Below are positions 1-13,574 of a DNA stretch of 64,000 bases, one piece after another. The DNA lies in contig CT868669.1 in NCBI GenBank assembly GCA_000165425.1, positions 186,001-250,000 of the forward strand, in the 5' to 3' direction. Position 1 is the stretch's first letter, and each line of letters begins with the position of its first letter. The DNA comes from Paramecium tetraurelia. Lineage: Eukaryota. A program made the translations under genes and the position numbers. Below the pieces are notes generated by a model. The model was not told the DNA's origin. It searched no databases and saw only the letters and a list, made by a program, of their open reading frames with translations.

Positions 1-746
1 TTTTCTATTCAATTACTTTCAACTTTAATTTACACATAAATTTGTTACCTCTCTTAAGAATTCATATAAGTCAACACTTTAATTTTTTGAGTTCTCATTC
101 AATAATATAATAATTGCATTTATTAGATTTTTTTAATAACCTTGAATTTCTTAATAAATATTAAAGGTTAACTTTTATAATAGTCTATCTTGTGGATAGT
201 TTTTAAGGGCAATCTTCAAATTAGGCACAAGAGAAAGAGCCATATTGACTAAATTCACCATCTTAAAACTATCTATCATGAGACTAGGGTTATGAGTGAA
301 TTATACTTCGAATAATTTGATTTTCTAAAAAGACTTGTTTTGTAACTTTTTATTTCCTTGAAGCTGATGGCCAATTTTTATAAATAAGATAAAAATGGAA
401 TTTATATATTTGTGAGTAACCAGGCTTCATAATTTCTATGACTGTGTTTGAGTAAACTAAAATTTGTTAATCTTAAAGAAGTAAATAATTTGGAGAATTC
501 TTCGTTTGAATGAATAAACTAATGAGTGATAATGAGCATTTTCATTTTAATATTATAGGTCTGCATGTCAGAGTTCGAGTAGAACTCAAAAAACTCCCTC
601 AGGTTCTTATCCTTAGTCATGAATTATAATAAAAACTCTATTTCTTCTTAGTCGAATACTTAATTGTCTTTGGAAAGACTACTTTTCTTTAGAAATCGAA
701 GGAATTCAGAATCAAATTTGAAGATTTCGCTTATTTTTTATATCAT
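1..746 (-). CDS. Hypothetical protein, possibly ANTH/ENTH-like N-terminus (runs off window start)
   Basis: Code-6 frame from ATG 746: MIQKISEIFKFDSEFLRFLKKSSLSKDNQVFDQEEIEFLL...IKMKMLIITHQFI. The K-x-L-x3-H pattern is reminiscent of ANTH domains. Confidence 0.5.
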
Positions 747-949
747 TTATTAAAATTACCAATCAACATTCTTAAGAGCTTTCTAATATTATAATCTAAG
801 AAACTGAAAAATCAAATATTCATAATTCATTTTAAATTTCTAGAAATTAAGAAAAATTACAGCTTTTAGCTATTAAAATTTCAAAACCTTGATTAAATGA
901 CAAGAGTCATAAATAATGTATATATATATCCAATTCATAAACATAAATT

Positions 950-1552
950 TCAAAATAATTTCATACCATAAAAAATAAACTAGGATAAATAATGTTTATT
1001 TCTGTATGCTGTAAGACCATAATTGTTTGGTTAATACTGGAAGAAATAGGGCTGGTAAAAGTAATTAAACATCATTGAAACAAAGGTTGTAAGGACATTT
1101 TTACCAGATCCAAGAAGTAAATTCTAATAACTTGAAGCCAGCAACAATTATATGAATAATTCTATTTCATTCCTTTCCTACGATTAGAGATATCTGTTTT
1201 TAAATGCCCAAGTGAGTATTTTGGCTTAGCTTAGATTATAAAAAAGGTCGTATTAAAAACAAAAGTCATATTTCCATTAGAAGAGTGTAATAAAGAAGTG
1301 AGCTATGATTGAGTTTATCAATTTTGGTAAATCCCTGTCTTGATATTCAAGGATGATTGATCTAAATAGTAAATCAGCTGAAAAGCATATGGCGAAGCTT
1401 TGGATTAGTTGGTGTAGGAATTACTTATTCTTAATTTTGGTATTAATGTATAATATCTTACCGACCAAAATTATTTCGTAATTGTAGAGGTGGAAGTAAT
1501 GAAAATAATGATAGCCAAGAACAGCTAAAATAAATATAAAAATAATATTCAT
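950..1552 (-). CDS. Hypothetical membrane protein (~200 aa)
   Basis: Uninterrupted code-6 ORF MNIIFIFILAVLGYHYFHY...FYGMKLF* with several hydrophobic segments. Confidence 0.55.
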
Positions 1553-1667
1553 ATAGCAATTAAATTAATTTATGTAATTATTATAAGGTTATGAATTGAT
1601 GTCTGGAATATATTTGATAATAATAATTAATGCATTATATTTATCTTAATTTTCAATAATTAATTAA

Positions 1668-2446
1668 ATGGATAATTATTTCACAATCATCAGTTTACTT
1701 GGATTGAGAAACTAGAATCTTCCACCCTTTTAGGTTTGAAATGATAAATATTATTACAGAGAAGCTCGTTTGAAGAGATATAGATCAATTAAGAAGATGG
1801 TTGAGTTGATAGAAACTGCTGGTTGGACTTAGCCAAAAGTCCCATTCAATGCATTTTGCTTGAGTTCTTAAGATCGTACATTTATAGTGTTATTTCTCCT
1901 TTAGCTGAATGGGAAGATGATATGACCTATCCAGTGATTGAATATAATAAGTTTGGCTATTAGGCTATGGCCTTCGGAATGAATTTAGTATAGAGATGTC
2001 ATTAATATTATGATAGTTCCTTTATGCCTACAATTACAATGTTATTACACAAAACATAAGATTTAGAACATTTAGATACTTGTTTCCAGTGGTCTAATGT
2101 TTCATTTTTGGAAGAATATACTTTGAATATAAATCTGAATTGACAAAGGTGAATTTGTTTGATGAATATGTTCAATTGAGAGCTTAGGAATTAGTAAAGG
2201 AGAATGAATTCTTATTGGAACATGAAGGTATGAATATAAGTGAATTACTATATAGACATCAAGAAATTCGTCTGGTGGTATGAAGATTACAAAGAGACCT
2301 TGTGCAGAGTTCATAGACAAGCTAATGATCATGCTGCAACAGATTTTAAAGATTCTGAATTGATTTTGTAAGATTTCATTAGAAGATATACAAATCCAAA
2401 TTCAGCTAGACCACTTAATATCTAAGAGAAGGGTGTTTTATTCTGA
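1668..2446 (+). CDS. Conserved ciliate mitochondrial protein; recalled as resembling a Tetrahymena ATP synthase lineage-specific subunit (ATPTT7-like)
   Basis: Four short introns. MDNYFTIISLLGLRNQNLPPF...EWEDDMTYP...KVNLFDEYVQLRAQELVKENEFLLEHEDIKKFVWWYED...HRQANDH...DFIRRYTNP. The gene structure is clear; the identity is from memory and needs BLAST. Confidence 0.6.
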
Positions 2447-2617
2447 AAATATTATTCATTAATAAAAATAAATAAATATATATATATGTTTTATTATATT
2501 AATGAAGTTATATATCTATTACTACTTTATAATTCTGTATCAATTACTAGAATATTGAAAGGAGTGTTTTTAATGATCCATTATTATACTTTTTATATGT
2601 TGTACAGATAAATATTC

Positions 2618-3035
2618 TCATAATCCTTTGATTTTATCTTCTACAAATTGTTTTTCACCTTCACTTACTTCAATTGCGAAATCTTTGACTGCAACAGATG
2701 AACATTTTCTTGATTTGATTTTCTTGGTTTTTGTTAAAAACTTTGAAATTCCAATCCATTCACCTAATAAGGCACCTTTTTCTACTTTCCAAACTGGAAT
2801 TTAGAATTATTTAGCCAAAGCAACTACTAATTTTTTATAGGATTCCTCAGAGCAATCATCAGCCAAAACTACAAACTTAGCCTATAATGCATAGTATGAT
2901 AATTCAAACTTATTTGCTTTCAATGGCTTTGCATACTTCATGTACTCCCTTTGACAATTAACCTCTATGTAATGATGTTTAAACTACTCTTTTTAAAGTA
3001 GTGAGTTCTTCTGATAATTGTTCGACCTCTGCCAT
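2618..3035 (-). CDS. RPS12: 40S ribosomal protein S12 (eS12, L7Ae fold)
   Basis: GQLSKGVHEVCKAIESKQ/AKFVVLADDCSEESYKKLVVALAK...LGEWIG...KCSSVAVKDF; one 28-nt intron. Confidence 0.9.
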
Positions 3036-3241
3036 AATGAAAAATAATTTAAATCTTTATTTTAAATTAAAAAAAAAGAGTATAAAATTTATATAAATAA
3101 ATATGTATATCAAAACAATCTATAAACACTAATTTCTAAACCACAATGCTCTAAGTTTATTTGATAATAGTATGAATGTAATATAAATACTTGATTTGAT
3201 TATATAATTAATTTTAGTATACTCAATATAATGTATTTAGT

Positions 3242-4132
3242 TCACAAAATAAATACAATATAGATAAAAGCAAAAATAAACAAAATTAAAAACACCTTTA
3301 AGATTAACCCTCTATTCGAGCTTATTCGCTTATGTGATTCCTACAATTCCTTACGTCCCTTACTAACATTCACCTATGCCTCATCTGTATATTTATCAAT
3401 TCTTTCAATCATCGTCTCCTATAATCTAACCATAGTTCCAACTCTTTGGAACACTCCGGCAATATCATTTAACATAGATTCAATTTTTTGCATAGAAACC
3501 AGTTTTTCCTCATTCTACTTTTGATCAAACATTTAAATTGATTAATGATTAGCCTCTTCCTCAGTTTCATTCAATTTTTAATATTTCTGATTAAATCCAA
3601 CTCTCTTGATTACTCTATCTCTTTCCCCATTCAATCTATTCCTTTTCTCTTCCTATTACTTGATCCGTTAAGTGTGACTCTATACCAACTATAAATTAAT
3701 CTCTCAAATGAAATACTTTTTTAAATGAATCTGAAGTTTTCATTGCTTTTTGCTAAACAAAATCGAAGATTGATTAATTTAAATCATTATTTAATTGCGT
3801 TTTAAGCTGATTTAGATGGATATGTATTTAACTAATGTCGTCTTTGACTTGAGAAAGTATAGAATTCAATTTGTAGTCTTAGTCATTAAAAAGTCCTGTG
3901 GATTGAGATGCTTAAGAATAAGATGAAAACCATACTTGTATGAAATTCCTAAAGTCTTTCATTGGCTGCATCGACCTTCTCTTTGGCAAGTTTGGCTGTG
4001 AGTAGAAATTCTAATTAAAATAAGATCCTTATTACAATTTGGCTATTCCCTTTTCAATGCAACAAGTTTAATGTGTACTTTAGATAGAAATTGTTGAGTG
4101 ATATCTCTGTATTAGGAACTTGCAATCTCCAT
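3242..4132 (-). CDS. Syntaxin-5/Sed5-like Qa-SNARE
   Basis: N-terminal RDITQQF (RDRTxEF-like peptide), SNARE motif IESMLNDIAGVFQRVGTMVRLQETMIERID, then SSNRGLILK and a C-terminal TM anchor. Confidence 0.85.
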
Positions 4133-4458
4133 AACGTGGCAATTTATAATTTCTTTTATTTATTTATAATTATAAATACTTAATCGCAATAAAAAATATT
4201 GTTACTTGTAAAATACAAAAAGAACCCAAGGAATGGATTACTATTTATAGTGCTATCCCAATAATAAGGAGTCACATATGAATGCATAATTATGTCTTAT
4301 GTAAATTTCAGACATTTAGTTATATCAAAATTAATTACAAATGCATATTTTGCTTGATAAATATTCTTATTTAATTTAATTATTTAAAGTTTTCATTTTG
4401 ATTAGACAAATAATTTAATAAATGATTTTTATTCACACAAACATAGAAATAAAAATGC

Positions 4459-6492
4459 TCAATCCTATTAATCGATATTTGAAATAAAGCTAATATCTTA
4501 ATCAAGAATTTATTTTTTGTTCTTATTTCCGTCAATTTAAGAAACATCAACACTGAATAAATCAAATTGCTCGGATTACTACTTCTTTTTGCTTGTTAAT
4601 TCAACTAATAATTATTAAATTTCATTTTTGGTCTATATAAAATTAAAATAAATTAATTACTATAGCTACAACAGATTATTAAGGAGGTTTCGAAAAAGCG
4701 ACTTGAGTTTCATTTGAAAAGTAAGAAAAAGGATTACTATAAGATCGTTTTACTCTTTTGTTTTATGACAGAGGATCTTCCATTTATTTAATTAACTATT
4801 TTTTCTTTATATTACTTATCTAGAGTTAAGATGATATCATACGTCGAAATGCTAAAAGAATTCACTTGACATTGACATAATGAAGTTAACGCATTCTTCC
4901 CTTGTCATATCATAGTACTAAGCTTTCTAAGATTGCATTTGATTTCTAGTAATTGGTTTTGAATCAGCTCTGGCAGTCTAACAATAGGGTGCTTGCTCAA
5001 AGTTCTCATCAGTATTGATTTCTAACTCTTTTAATTGCAATTTCTTCATTTTCATTTAGGGGACAACCTATTGATTTTATTTCTGATTCTGAGTTTTCTG
5101 ATTAGAATTGCTTAGTTGAACTGAGATATTTTCCTTTGGTTCTGTGTCATCAAATTTCACATCAGCATTTGATACCTGTTAAGATTATCTGACAAAATAG
5201 GATGGTTAAGTATTGACTCGTTCATTATTTTAATTGAATCTGGGACTGAAGATGCCAACAGCTATATCTTACTCTTGATTTAATTGTACAGAGTTGAATT
5301 ATTTTCTAGTTTTGAGTTGTTCCATAAAGTTTTAGTTTTATTTCTTATAAAATTACAGTTCTGCCATTAATTGATCATTCCTTTAATCTTTTAATTGGTT
5401 TGATCGTATTAATAATTCATTGGTGTCTTGAATTTATTCGTACCTCTTGATTAATTCATTATACAATTTGCTCACATTTAAATTACTGTTTTTTTCTTTT
5501 TCAAATAGTTCTTTGAATCCTTTAACCATCATCTCCATTTTATGTAATTTCTCTTAATAAATCATCCTTTCATTTTTGCTCAAATATTTCAACTGTTATG
5601 GCTCTGGAGAAAACCCATAGCCGAGACTTGTTGTTCCATACAGGTCTTAATGCATTTACTCTAGTCTGCCTCTGTGATTTTACAACTCCCTATTCAATTC
5701 AAGATTGTTATCTGTTTTTTCAAGATACTCATTGTACACGAAATCTAGATTATGTAGATTTGATACCCTTCATATTTTAATAGTTCACTTAACTTCTCAG
5801 TACTATTCTCATTTTGAATATTTCCCTTTTCAGATGATAATTTACTTCCCTTAATGCATTATTGCTCTCTGAAACACTCTAAGCTTCCGCTGTAATTTTC
5901 TGCAAGACTCCTCTCACACTTTCCAACTCCTCATGCAATTTTAGATTCTATTCGGAAGGAGTTACTACTTCAACCAATTTAACTAATTAGCCCTCCTTCT
6001 CCTAGATCGGCTTCATTCTTTCTAACTCTTATATAGCGTATTCCTTATCGTGAATATTGCGTTTCAATTCAATTAACTTATATTCTAAATCACTAATCAA
6101 GTCTTTATAATAATTTGATTGTTCCTCAGCTATCTATTCAGATAGGAGTATTTTGGTTTGTAGTTAGCTGCTCACTTTTTGTTGTTTTGTTAAGGCCTCC
6201 ATTAATTTCTTATTCTCCTCATTTAAATGTTTGACCAATTCTGAATTCTGAAATTATTCACTTGAAGAAGTGCTGCTTCCATCTTTTGTTTGCTGTATTG
6301 AAATTAATATCGAACAATTACTTGAGATCGCTTGCTATCCAAAGCCAATGACATGGCCTATTTATTCAACTTCAATGCATTCTCTAAGTCAGCAATATAC
6401 TCTTGTAGAAGTTTATTCTCCTAAGACAGGTAGTGTATTTTAGACTATTGACGATTTGTCACAAACTCGTTTACTTCTGTGCCTAATATCAT
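4459..6492 (-). CDS. Hypothetical coiled-coil protein
   Basis: Long code-6 frame with short introns; heptad-rich N-terminal half (QENKLLQEYIADLENALKLNKQA). Confidence 0.7.
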
Positions 6493-6687
6493 TAATATTG
6501 GCAAATTTATAGTTATAAATTATAAATTCAATCAAAACACTGAAGTAAAATGATGACTTTATATATAAATATAAATTAAACAATTTCTGTTTAACTAAAT
6601 GAGATTAATATCTTTATAATTCAATTATGAAGATTATGAATAGTGACAAAATTTATAAATATTTTTAACGAATAGAATATTAAAATT

Positions 6688-7432
6688 ATGCCTCAAGAGT
6701 CTATAGAAATATAAATGTTAAAACAACAAGTTTAGTTATTACAATAAGAACTTCAATAAATTCATTAATATGGCAATATACGCATACTCTGGAATAATAT
6801 ATTCTCAAAGTTAGAAACCATCACATTTACATCTCAACAACCTCTCAAAATCTATTAGCAGTTGATGTTTCGACAAAGCTTATCTCAAGATCAAATCAAA
6901 CTAGAGAATCTCACCTAAGATGCCGAATGTCAGACTGAAGATGATTAAATTAAATTTTCAAGACACAATCAAATCCTGCATTTCATCAATTAAAATTGAA
7001 TTGAAACTGCAATAAGACAAGTATCTCCAGGAGAATTTCAATTAAATCGAACTCTGTTTAGATAATATTCAAAACTACTCAAAACAAAAGTCGATCAAAT
7101 CAAAACAAAAATTAAGATCATCCATTAATTCATCTCTCTCTATACCAACTACTATCATTAACTTATCCATTAAAGAAAGCTATCTTCCAAAACCTATATG
7201 CAATTTAGAATAAGAGGTCAAGGTATGATTACAATATAAGTCTGAGGACTCTCAAATTAATAATCTAAAATAATAGATCCAAGCACTGAAGTAGGATATT
7301 TCAAATCTATAATTAATTAATAATCAATTAAGCAAGGAAGCCAAATTAAAACTCTTGAATTTCATGGTATTGAATAAACAGCAACAAAAAATTGAAATGA
7401 GAAAGATAATTTGTGATAATTTTAAAATATGA
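6688..7432 (+). CDS. Hypothetical coiled-coil protein (frame break near 6957)
   Basis: MPQESIEIQMLKQQVQLLQQELQ...; needs an atypical 34-nt intron or a 1-nt correction around 6929-6962 to continue. Confidence 0.5.
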
Positions 7433-7449
7433 TAACTATTTTATATGCA

Positions 7450-8169
7450 TCATTCTTCAATCAAATTATGTAACTATTAGATTATTATTTATTCATTCTT
7501 TCCCTCATTCTTTTTAAATAATTCATACACTTTCTTGTCTCCTTTCATTGTAATCTCACCCAATTGCTGTTTTTATTTACTATTAATATGTCCATTTGAA
7601 AACAAACTGTATAAATCCAAAATGGTCAATTCTTACCAAGGCTCTGGTTGATCATGATTCAATTGTTGAATATTTTATAATTTCTATTTTAATTGTTGAG
7701 ATTAATTGTTAGTATTTTAAATTAGTTTGACTCCAGTTGATCCAAACCCTCCCTCTCCTCTTTGAGTTTCAGTCAGATTATCAGTTTCTTAAATATCAGT
7801 TTGAACAACATATTCAATGACCATTTAAGCAATTCTATCTCCGTAATTTACTTTGAAATCGTTGTCTCCGAAATTAAATAATAACACACATATTTCTCCT
7901 CTGTAATCTTCATCAATTACACCAGCCCCAACATCTATAAAATTTTTGGCTGCCAATCCAGAACGTGGAGCTGTAATCATAAGAACATACATACCTATTC
8001 TACCATAAGTGCCTTCAAGTAAGGCCATTGAGATTCCGGTTTTAATTACTTGTTTTCCTTTTGCAGGTACAACGGAATCCTCAGCACTAAATAGATCATA
8101 GCCAGCTGCTTTGAGGGATCCCTTTTTGGGGAGGATGGCTTTCTCGACTAATCTTTTCACATAGATCAT
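7450..8169 (-). CDS. DUT: Trimeric dUTPase with long C-terminal extension
   Basis: Motifs AAGYDL, GRIAPRSG (after removing intron 7971-7994), [15 protein letters not shown] and [10 protein letters not shown]; the frame continues to TGA at 7450. Confidence 0.93.
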
Positions 8170-8263
8170 TTTATTTAAATTATTTATTTAAAGCGCGGCT
8201 AGATGTATTATAATTAATAGTCATACCTGTTATAAATATTCTTTAGTTTTACTAATCAGCTTA

Positions 8264-8335
8264 GGTCGTATGGTGTAGTGGTTAGCACCTTGGACTTTGA
8301 ATCCAGTGACCCAGGTTCGAGTCCTGGTATGACCT
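8264..8335 (+). tRNA. tRNA-Gln (anticodon TTG)
   Basis: 72-nt cloverleaf GGTCGTA...TATGACC-T; D-arm TGGTGTAGTGGTTAGCAC, anticodon TTG at 8297-8299, T-loop GGTTCGAGTCC; oligo-T Pol III terminator from 8340. Confidence 0.96.
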
Positions 8336-8435
8336 AAACTTTTTAATTTTTAATTAATTTATTTTAATTTTTGAACATCGTAATAAATTTGAATTTAAAC
8401 AAATTAATATATCGTGTTATTTATTATAAAACCCA

Positions 8436-9858
8436 TCATTTCTACTTTTGTTAGAATTCTGGAAGGATATCTTCTTCTGATGAAGACAGCCTTTGATTTT
8501 TGTTTCCACTTGTTTCTCCCCCTATAGAACCATTGCTACTGATGGATGAGAAAATTTAAGTTTGGCAGTATTGCAAATATAATTTGAATGAAACATTTGG
8601 AAATATCTTGTCATAATTATCAAATAGGATTTTCAGAAATTTCAGCTAAAGTTTAATTTATTCAATTGATTATGTCTAATTTACCTAAACTCTCATGAAA
8701 CAAGGAGCAAATAAAATTGCCAAATTATTCATATTCATTCGATTGAACTCAGAATAATTCCCTACACAAATTAAAAAGTTGACCATTACGATCAGCAACT
8801 ATTTATTTAAATTGGGTAATTAATCAAATACTTCTTTTAATAAATCAATCTCTGTTTGGGGAGTTGTTTCTAATTATGTTTTAATAGCAACTTACATTCG
8901 ATATGCTCACAGATCCATTTGTAAATGTGTTCAGGAATCAACGGATCAGGTAACTCTAGAAAAAACCTCTTTATGAGACTACAGATTATCCGCACATCTT
9001 CTACAATCTTCAAACATTCATAGTTCTCATTAATTAACTGTTGTTATAGTTAGTCTTCTTCAGTTATTAAACCTTATTTTCTAAAAATATCTGGTATCAA
9101 AAATCTATCTTAATTGACTACAAAGTAGGACAACAAATGATCAATTACTACAGGGATTTGGAATTGATTTAACTTTTAGCTATTCAAAGATGAACCAAAG
9201 GAAGATGATGATTATTTTATTAATTGAACTGGTTCGATTTGTTCGAAGCTCTAAATTTATTTTGGGAATGTATTCATCCAACTGCCTTAAAAATTTGGTA
9301 TCTATAATAGTTCCTTTACTCTTAAAATGAATTTAAGATTACTCGTATATATATTTAGTTTTCTTATACAAAATTTTCTCTCTCCTTGATCTCTATCGTT
9401 AGATCAATAGGTTTGCTTTTATTTTAAAGCTTGGTTGATATATATAAAAGCACTTTAATTAAATGTAATATTTGCTTGGGAGCTACCTCATTAACTTTCG
9501 AAATCTGATCAACTATGATAGTCCATCATGCTATGACATTATATATACAATAGTATATGTACTAATAAAATATTGTGATTTAATACTTCTGATCTATTTT
9601 ATTGTCTATACAGTTTATTGTGTAATACATGATCTTATTGTTATCAAAGCTGTTCTACATACTACCATTAAATAAAAAGCACACATTTTATTGTTCGAAA
9701 CCTAAATACAAATCCAAAATACCTTAATTTTGTATAAAATTGCTTTTTTCAATATCAGACAAATTTGTGTATTTGGCAATTTATAATTTTTATTAATAAT
9801 CCTAGTCCAATTTGGGCTAATATTTTTTAAGGGCCTTTTGAATATCCTTAATTTTCAT
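8436..9858 (-). CDS. RhoGAP-domain protein
   Basis: IPDIFRKQG (arginine finger) and CSLIKRFFLELPDPLIPEHIY. Confidence 0.8.
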
Positions 9859-10355
9859 ATATCTCTATTATTTGTTTAATTTACTAATATATTATAAATG
9901 ATTAATTATTCCTCTCATATCCATATCCCGTATGGAATAATTTCATGCATTTCCTTCACAATATCTTTTTTAATTAATCTATTAGATACACAAACAATAT
10001 AATAATATTTCACAAAATTTCATCCTCTATTTTATAATTATTTTTCTCATTAAATCTAATCATACTGAGGTAATCAATACAAATATCGTAATTATTACTC
10101 GCAATTTAGACATCAAAATGATTCCATTACCGTAAGAAAAGAAATCTTTATTATAATTTTAATTGTAACGTTATTTATTTCTAATTACAAAAATACAATC
10201 TGATAGTAGGTATTTTATAATTTAAGATAGTTTTGAATAATCAAATCCATTCAACATTAGATATATACAATCAACCATAAAAATATACTAAATTTAAATA
10301 ATTTTATTATTAATAATAATTAACAAACTTATTGATAGATTACGAATTAACAATA

Positions 10356-13300
10356 TCATTATTTTTTTTACAATTTACAATTTTTAATTTAAACTTCTGG
10401 AAGCACCTTGTTTCTTTTAAGCTGACTTTTTGTAACTCTTAAAAGCATCATCTTGTGTCTCACTCTTTATATGGATTCAAATTTATTTATTATAGAAACA
10501 TATGCTTTCGTTCTTTTATGTTTCAAAAATTTAAGGATAAATTAAAACGGATAAAACATGAACATTTAAAGTCTATTTAGAATTAATTGTTGCCAATTCT
10601 ACTTATTTTTATTAATCTGCTCTATTATTGAAGTGATATTATGCGAAGGGAAATAATAATCATAGTGATAAATGGAGTCTAAATTTGGTTCAGATTCATA
10701 ATACAATTGAATGTAAAGATAAGTGATTTCCTTTATTTGTTTAACAAGTTATGGGTCATCAATATACTTTTGCATCTTATTATAGATTATTTTGATGTTC
10801 TCTGCATGGACTTATTCAAATTCCTTAATTTAATTTCTATATTCCTCAACTTCATTGCTGATAATTGTTTCACCAGGATAAGATTCAATTGAAGGTTCAT
10901 TTAGATTAGATAATAAAGACGGACTCTTTGTATTCTATCTCAAGAATTTATGGTCATAAATAGACCCTGATTTATAGATTCTTTTGGAATTATATTTTTA
11001 AGTGAATTTACTTTGCTTTTCTATTCTAACATCAGATTAGATTTCTAAATCGATACATTTAACTGCTCTCTGATGACCTGAAGTAACAAGAAATTCTTCA
11101 GTAACTGGAAACACTTTCACGGAAGGTAATTAATCTTCATTGCCCAGAAATACTATATTAGGTTCAAGATCCTAATCCACAATATTTTAGCACTTTTATT
11201 GATTCTGAATGAGTTAAGGATTATCCAAAGCAAAGATCCTAGCACATTCTTAAACAAACAACATTTCTGCTCTGGTCATTATTGGTTTTTCAATAGTTCT
11301 ACGTTTATGATACTTTCTCTCTTAATATTAATTGTAGGCATGTCTCTTAAGCACTAATTCTTTATTGGGAATCAATTGCACTTAAGGACATTGATTTAAT
11401 TGATGATCAATTTTATTACAGACAGGACAAAATTGACCTTCCTTGATTAATTATTAATCCAAATTAAGAATTAATTAATCTCTCAATTAACAATACTTTT
11501 GAAAATCTTCTGGGAAATCTCTTAATGTTTCCAGGAAGTCAGATTTTGATAGCATTAATAAACTGACATATCCAGCTGCTTTGAATAATTCTTTTTCTTG
11601 ACTATGGAGTAAAAACTCTTTGACACATATAAATCTTCCATGACTAATGTGAGAATTAATCTTCGATCTTTGTTTTCCATCAGAGTGTTAATACAATAGA
11701 ATTCCTTATTCAATGTAACATAAATGATATTCTCCATCAAATTCAATTGAAAATGTATTTTAAGGTTGTATAATTTTTCTTTTTATTGATTTAAAGAGAG
11801 CATTTCGAAATTCAGCACTGAAGTACTTCTGCAAAAACTCACATTTCAAGTTGAATATTTTATATGCCTATTTATCTAATTCTTCTTTTAATTCATCTGA
11901 CAATTATCCTAGCAATGCCTATTCCATTTCCAAATCTATCTCATCATCTTCTTTCCATCGATAAGTCAAGTATTCCTTTATTCTAATATTTAATTAATAA
12001 TATCAATTACTAATATTATAATGCATAAGGGATCTCACGTTCTCTCATATACTTGTTTATCACTCTCATCTTTTTGTTTCTCTCGACTTAATTTTGAGTG
12101 ATATCATCAATAATGCCTCCAATAAAGTTTACACTATAAGAAAACCACAAGCAAGCACACAAAATAAAAATGATTGTGACTATTTTCTCTATTTAATTTT
12201 GAGGCACATTGTCTCCATATCCGATTGTTAGCATTGTAACTATTGCAAAGTAAAAGGCTTCCAAATACTATGATGACCATCTAAGATTCCCTAATCTCTT
12301 AGAGATAATCCAGGAATCCTCATCATCTATACTGCTGAACCAAAACCATATACAACTGAATAAATGAGCTATATAAATTAAAGATAGCAAAAACTTTAGC
12401 AATCCTATTCTACCTCTTTAGGGTCTTGTGAGATATGAGATTTAATCCACTTTTAGAAAAGATTCATAGACATATTTGAGTTAACTTAAAAGTAGGATCA
12501 AAATTAAATCATAATTTCCTGAAGGCATGTAAGTATTGACTAGCAGAATAATGGTTATGCCTTGATCTATTAGAGTGGATCTATTAGTTTGCAACTTGAT
12601 TATTTCCCAACGGTCTTATATTGCTTTGCCTGTTTTGTAGGTGATAGTGTTGATATTTACAATATAATCCAATTATAATATTATAAATAGTAGTGTTGAA
12701 AATATCCGATCTTCAGATACCAAAATTTTTGAATGAAATGAAATTTCCAACGGTACCAAAAACACCAATATCCCTCTCATGAATGTAACAAAAAAGTCCC
12801 AATACATCTTAAACTTACTTTCTGGCTGAATCAATGGTATACAAGAGAGTAACAACAATAACTGCTTAAATAATGAAGTTTATATTTATTGAAGAGTTTC
12901 CTTCAATTCCTCAAATGCTCGTTTTTTAATAATTTATTTGGTCAATATTCTTTATACTGAAATAAATGAAAGTTCTTTGCGCTTGAACTACTTGGCATAG
13001 GCAATCACATTTGAACTATGTAAATTTTAAACTTTACTTTTCTGAGGCTTTATCACTTATTAAATTTAAAATACTCTCATTTAATGTCTCCAATTATCGT
13101 CTTTTTTATCCAACTTTTTCTAAGAACCGTCTTATGAAAAAAAAAGTCATAAGACTTGAACCTGTATCTTTGGAGGATCTATTGATTTGAGTCGGCAGCT
13201 CTGATAATGAAATCACATCGTTTTAGAGAAAATCTTGTTCAGGTTTAGGAGTGTATGTTATATCAGGAGTTTTATCTGTTCTACTCATAGAAAACATTCC

Positions 13301-13438
13301 ATTTTGAAAAACACTGCTAGGTCGTGATTCTTTGAGACAATATTCTAAGTACTATTGTTCAAAGTCTTCGTTTTACTCTGCCCTTAACTCCCTATCTAAG
13401 CTGTTACTATAATTATCTTCGGGTTTCAGATTTTTCAT
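10356..13438 (-). CDS. KCNH/CNG-type K+ channel with cNMP-binding-homology domain, copy 1
   Basis: IQPESKFKMYWD, AHLFSCIW, pore EAFYFAIVTMLTIGYGDNVP, C-linker and CNBD-like region. Confidence 0.9.
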
Positions 13439-13574
13439 TAAAATTAAATCAATTAAATTAACAATCCTTTACAAGATAATAATTTTTAATTTTGAAGCAT
13501 AATTGTTGCCCAAAAATAATAATAATAAATACTCTCAACCAAATTTGTAGAAAATATATAAATATATATAAAAA

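Noticed and set aside
8264..8335. tRNA as the TAA/TAG-decoding tRNA-Gln
   Set aside because: The anticodon is TTG (ordinary Gln CAA), not TTA or CTA.
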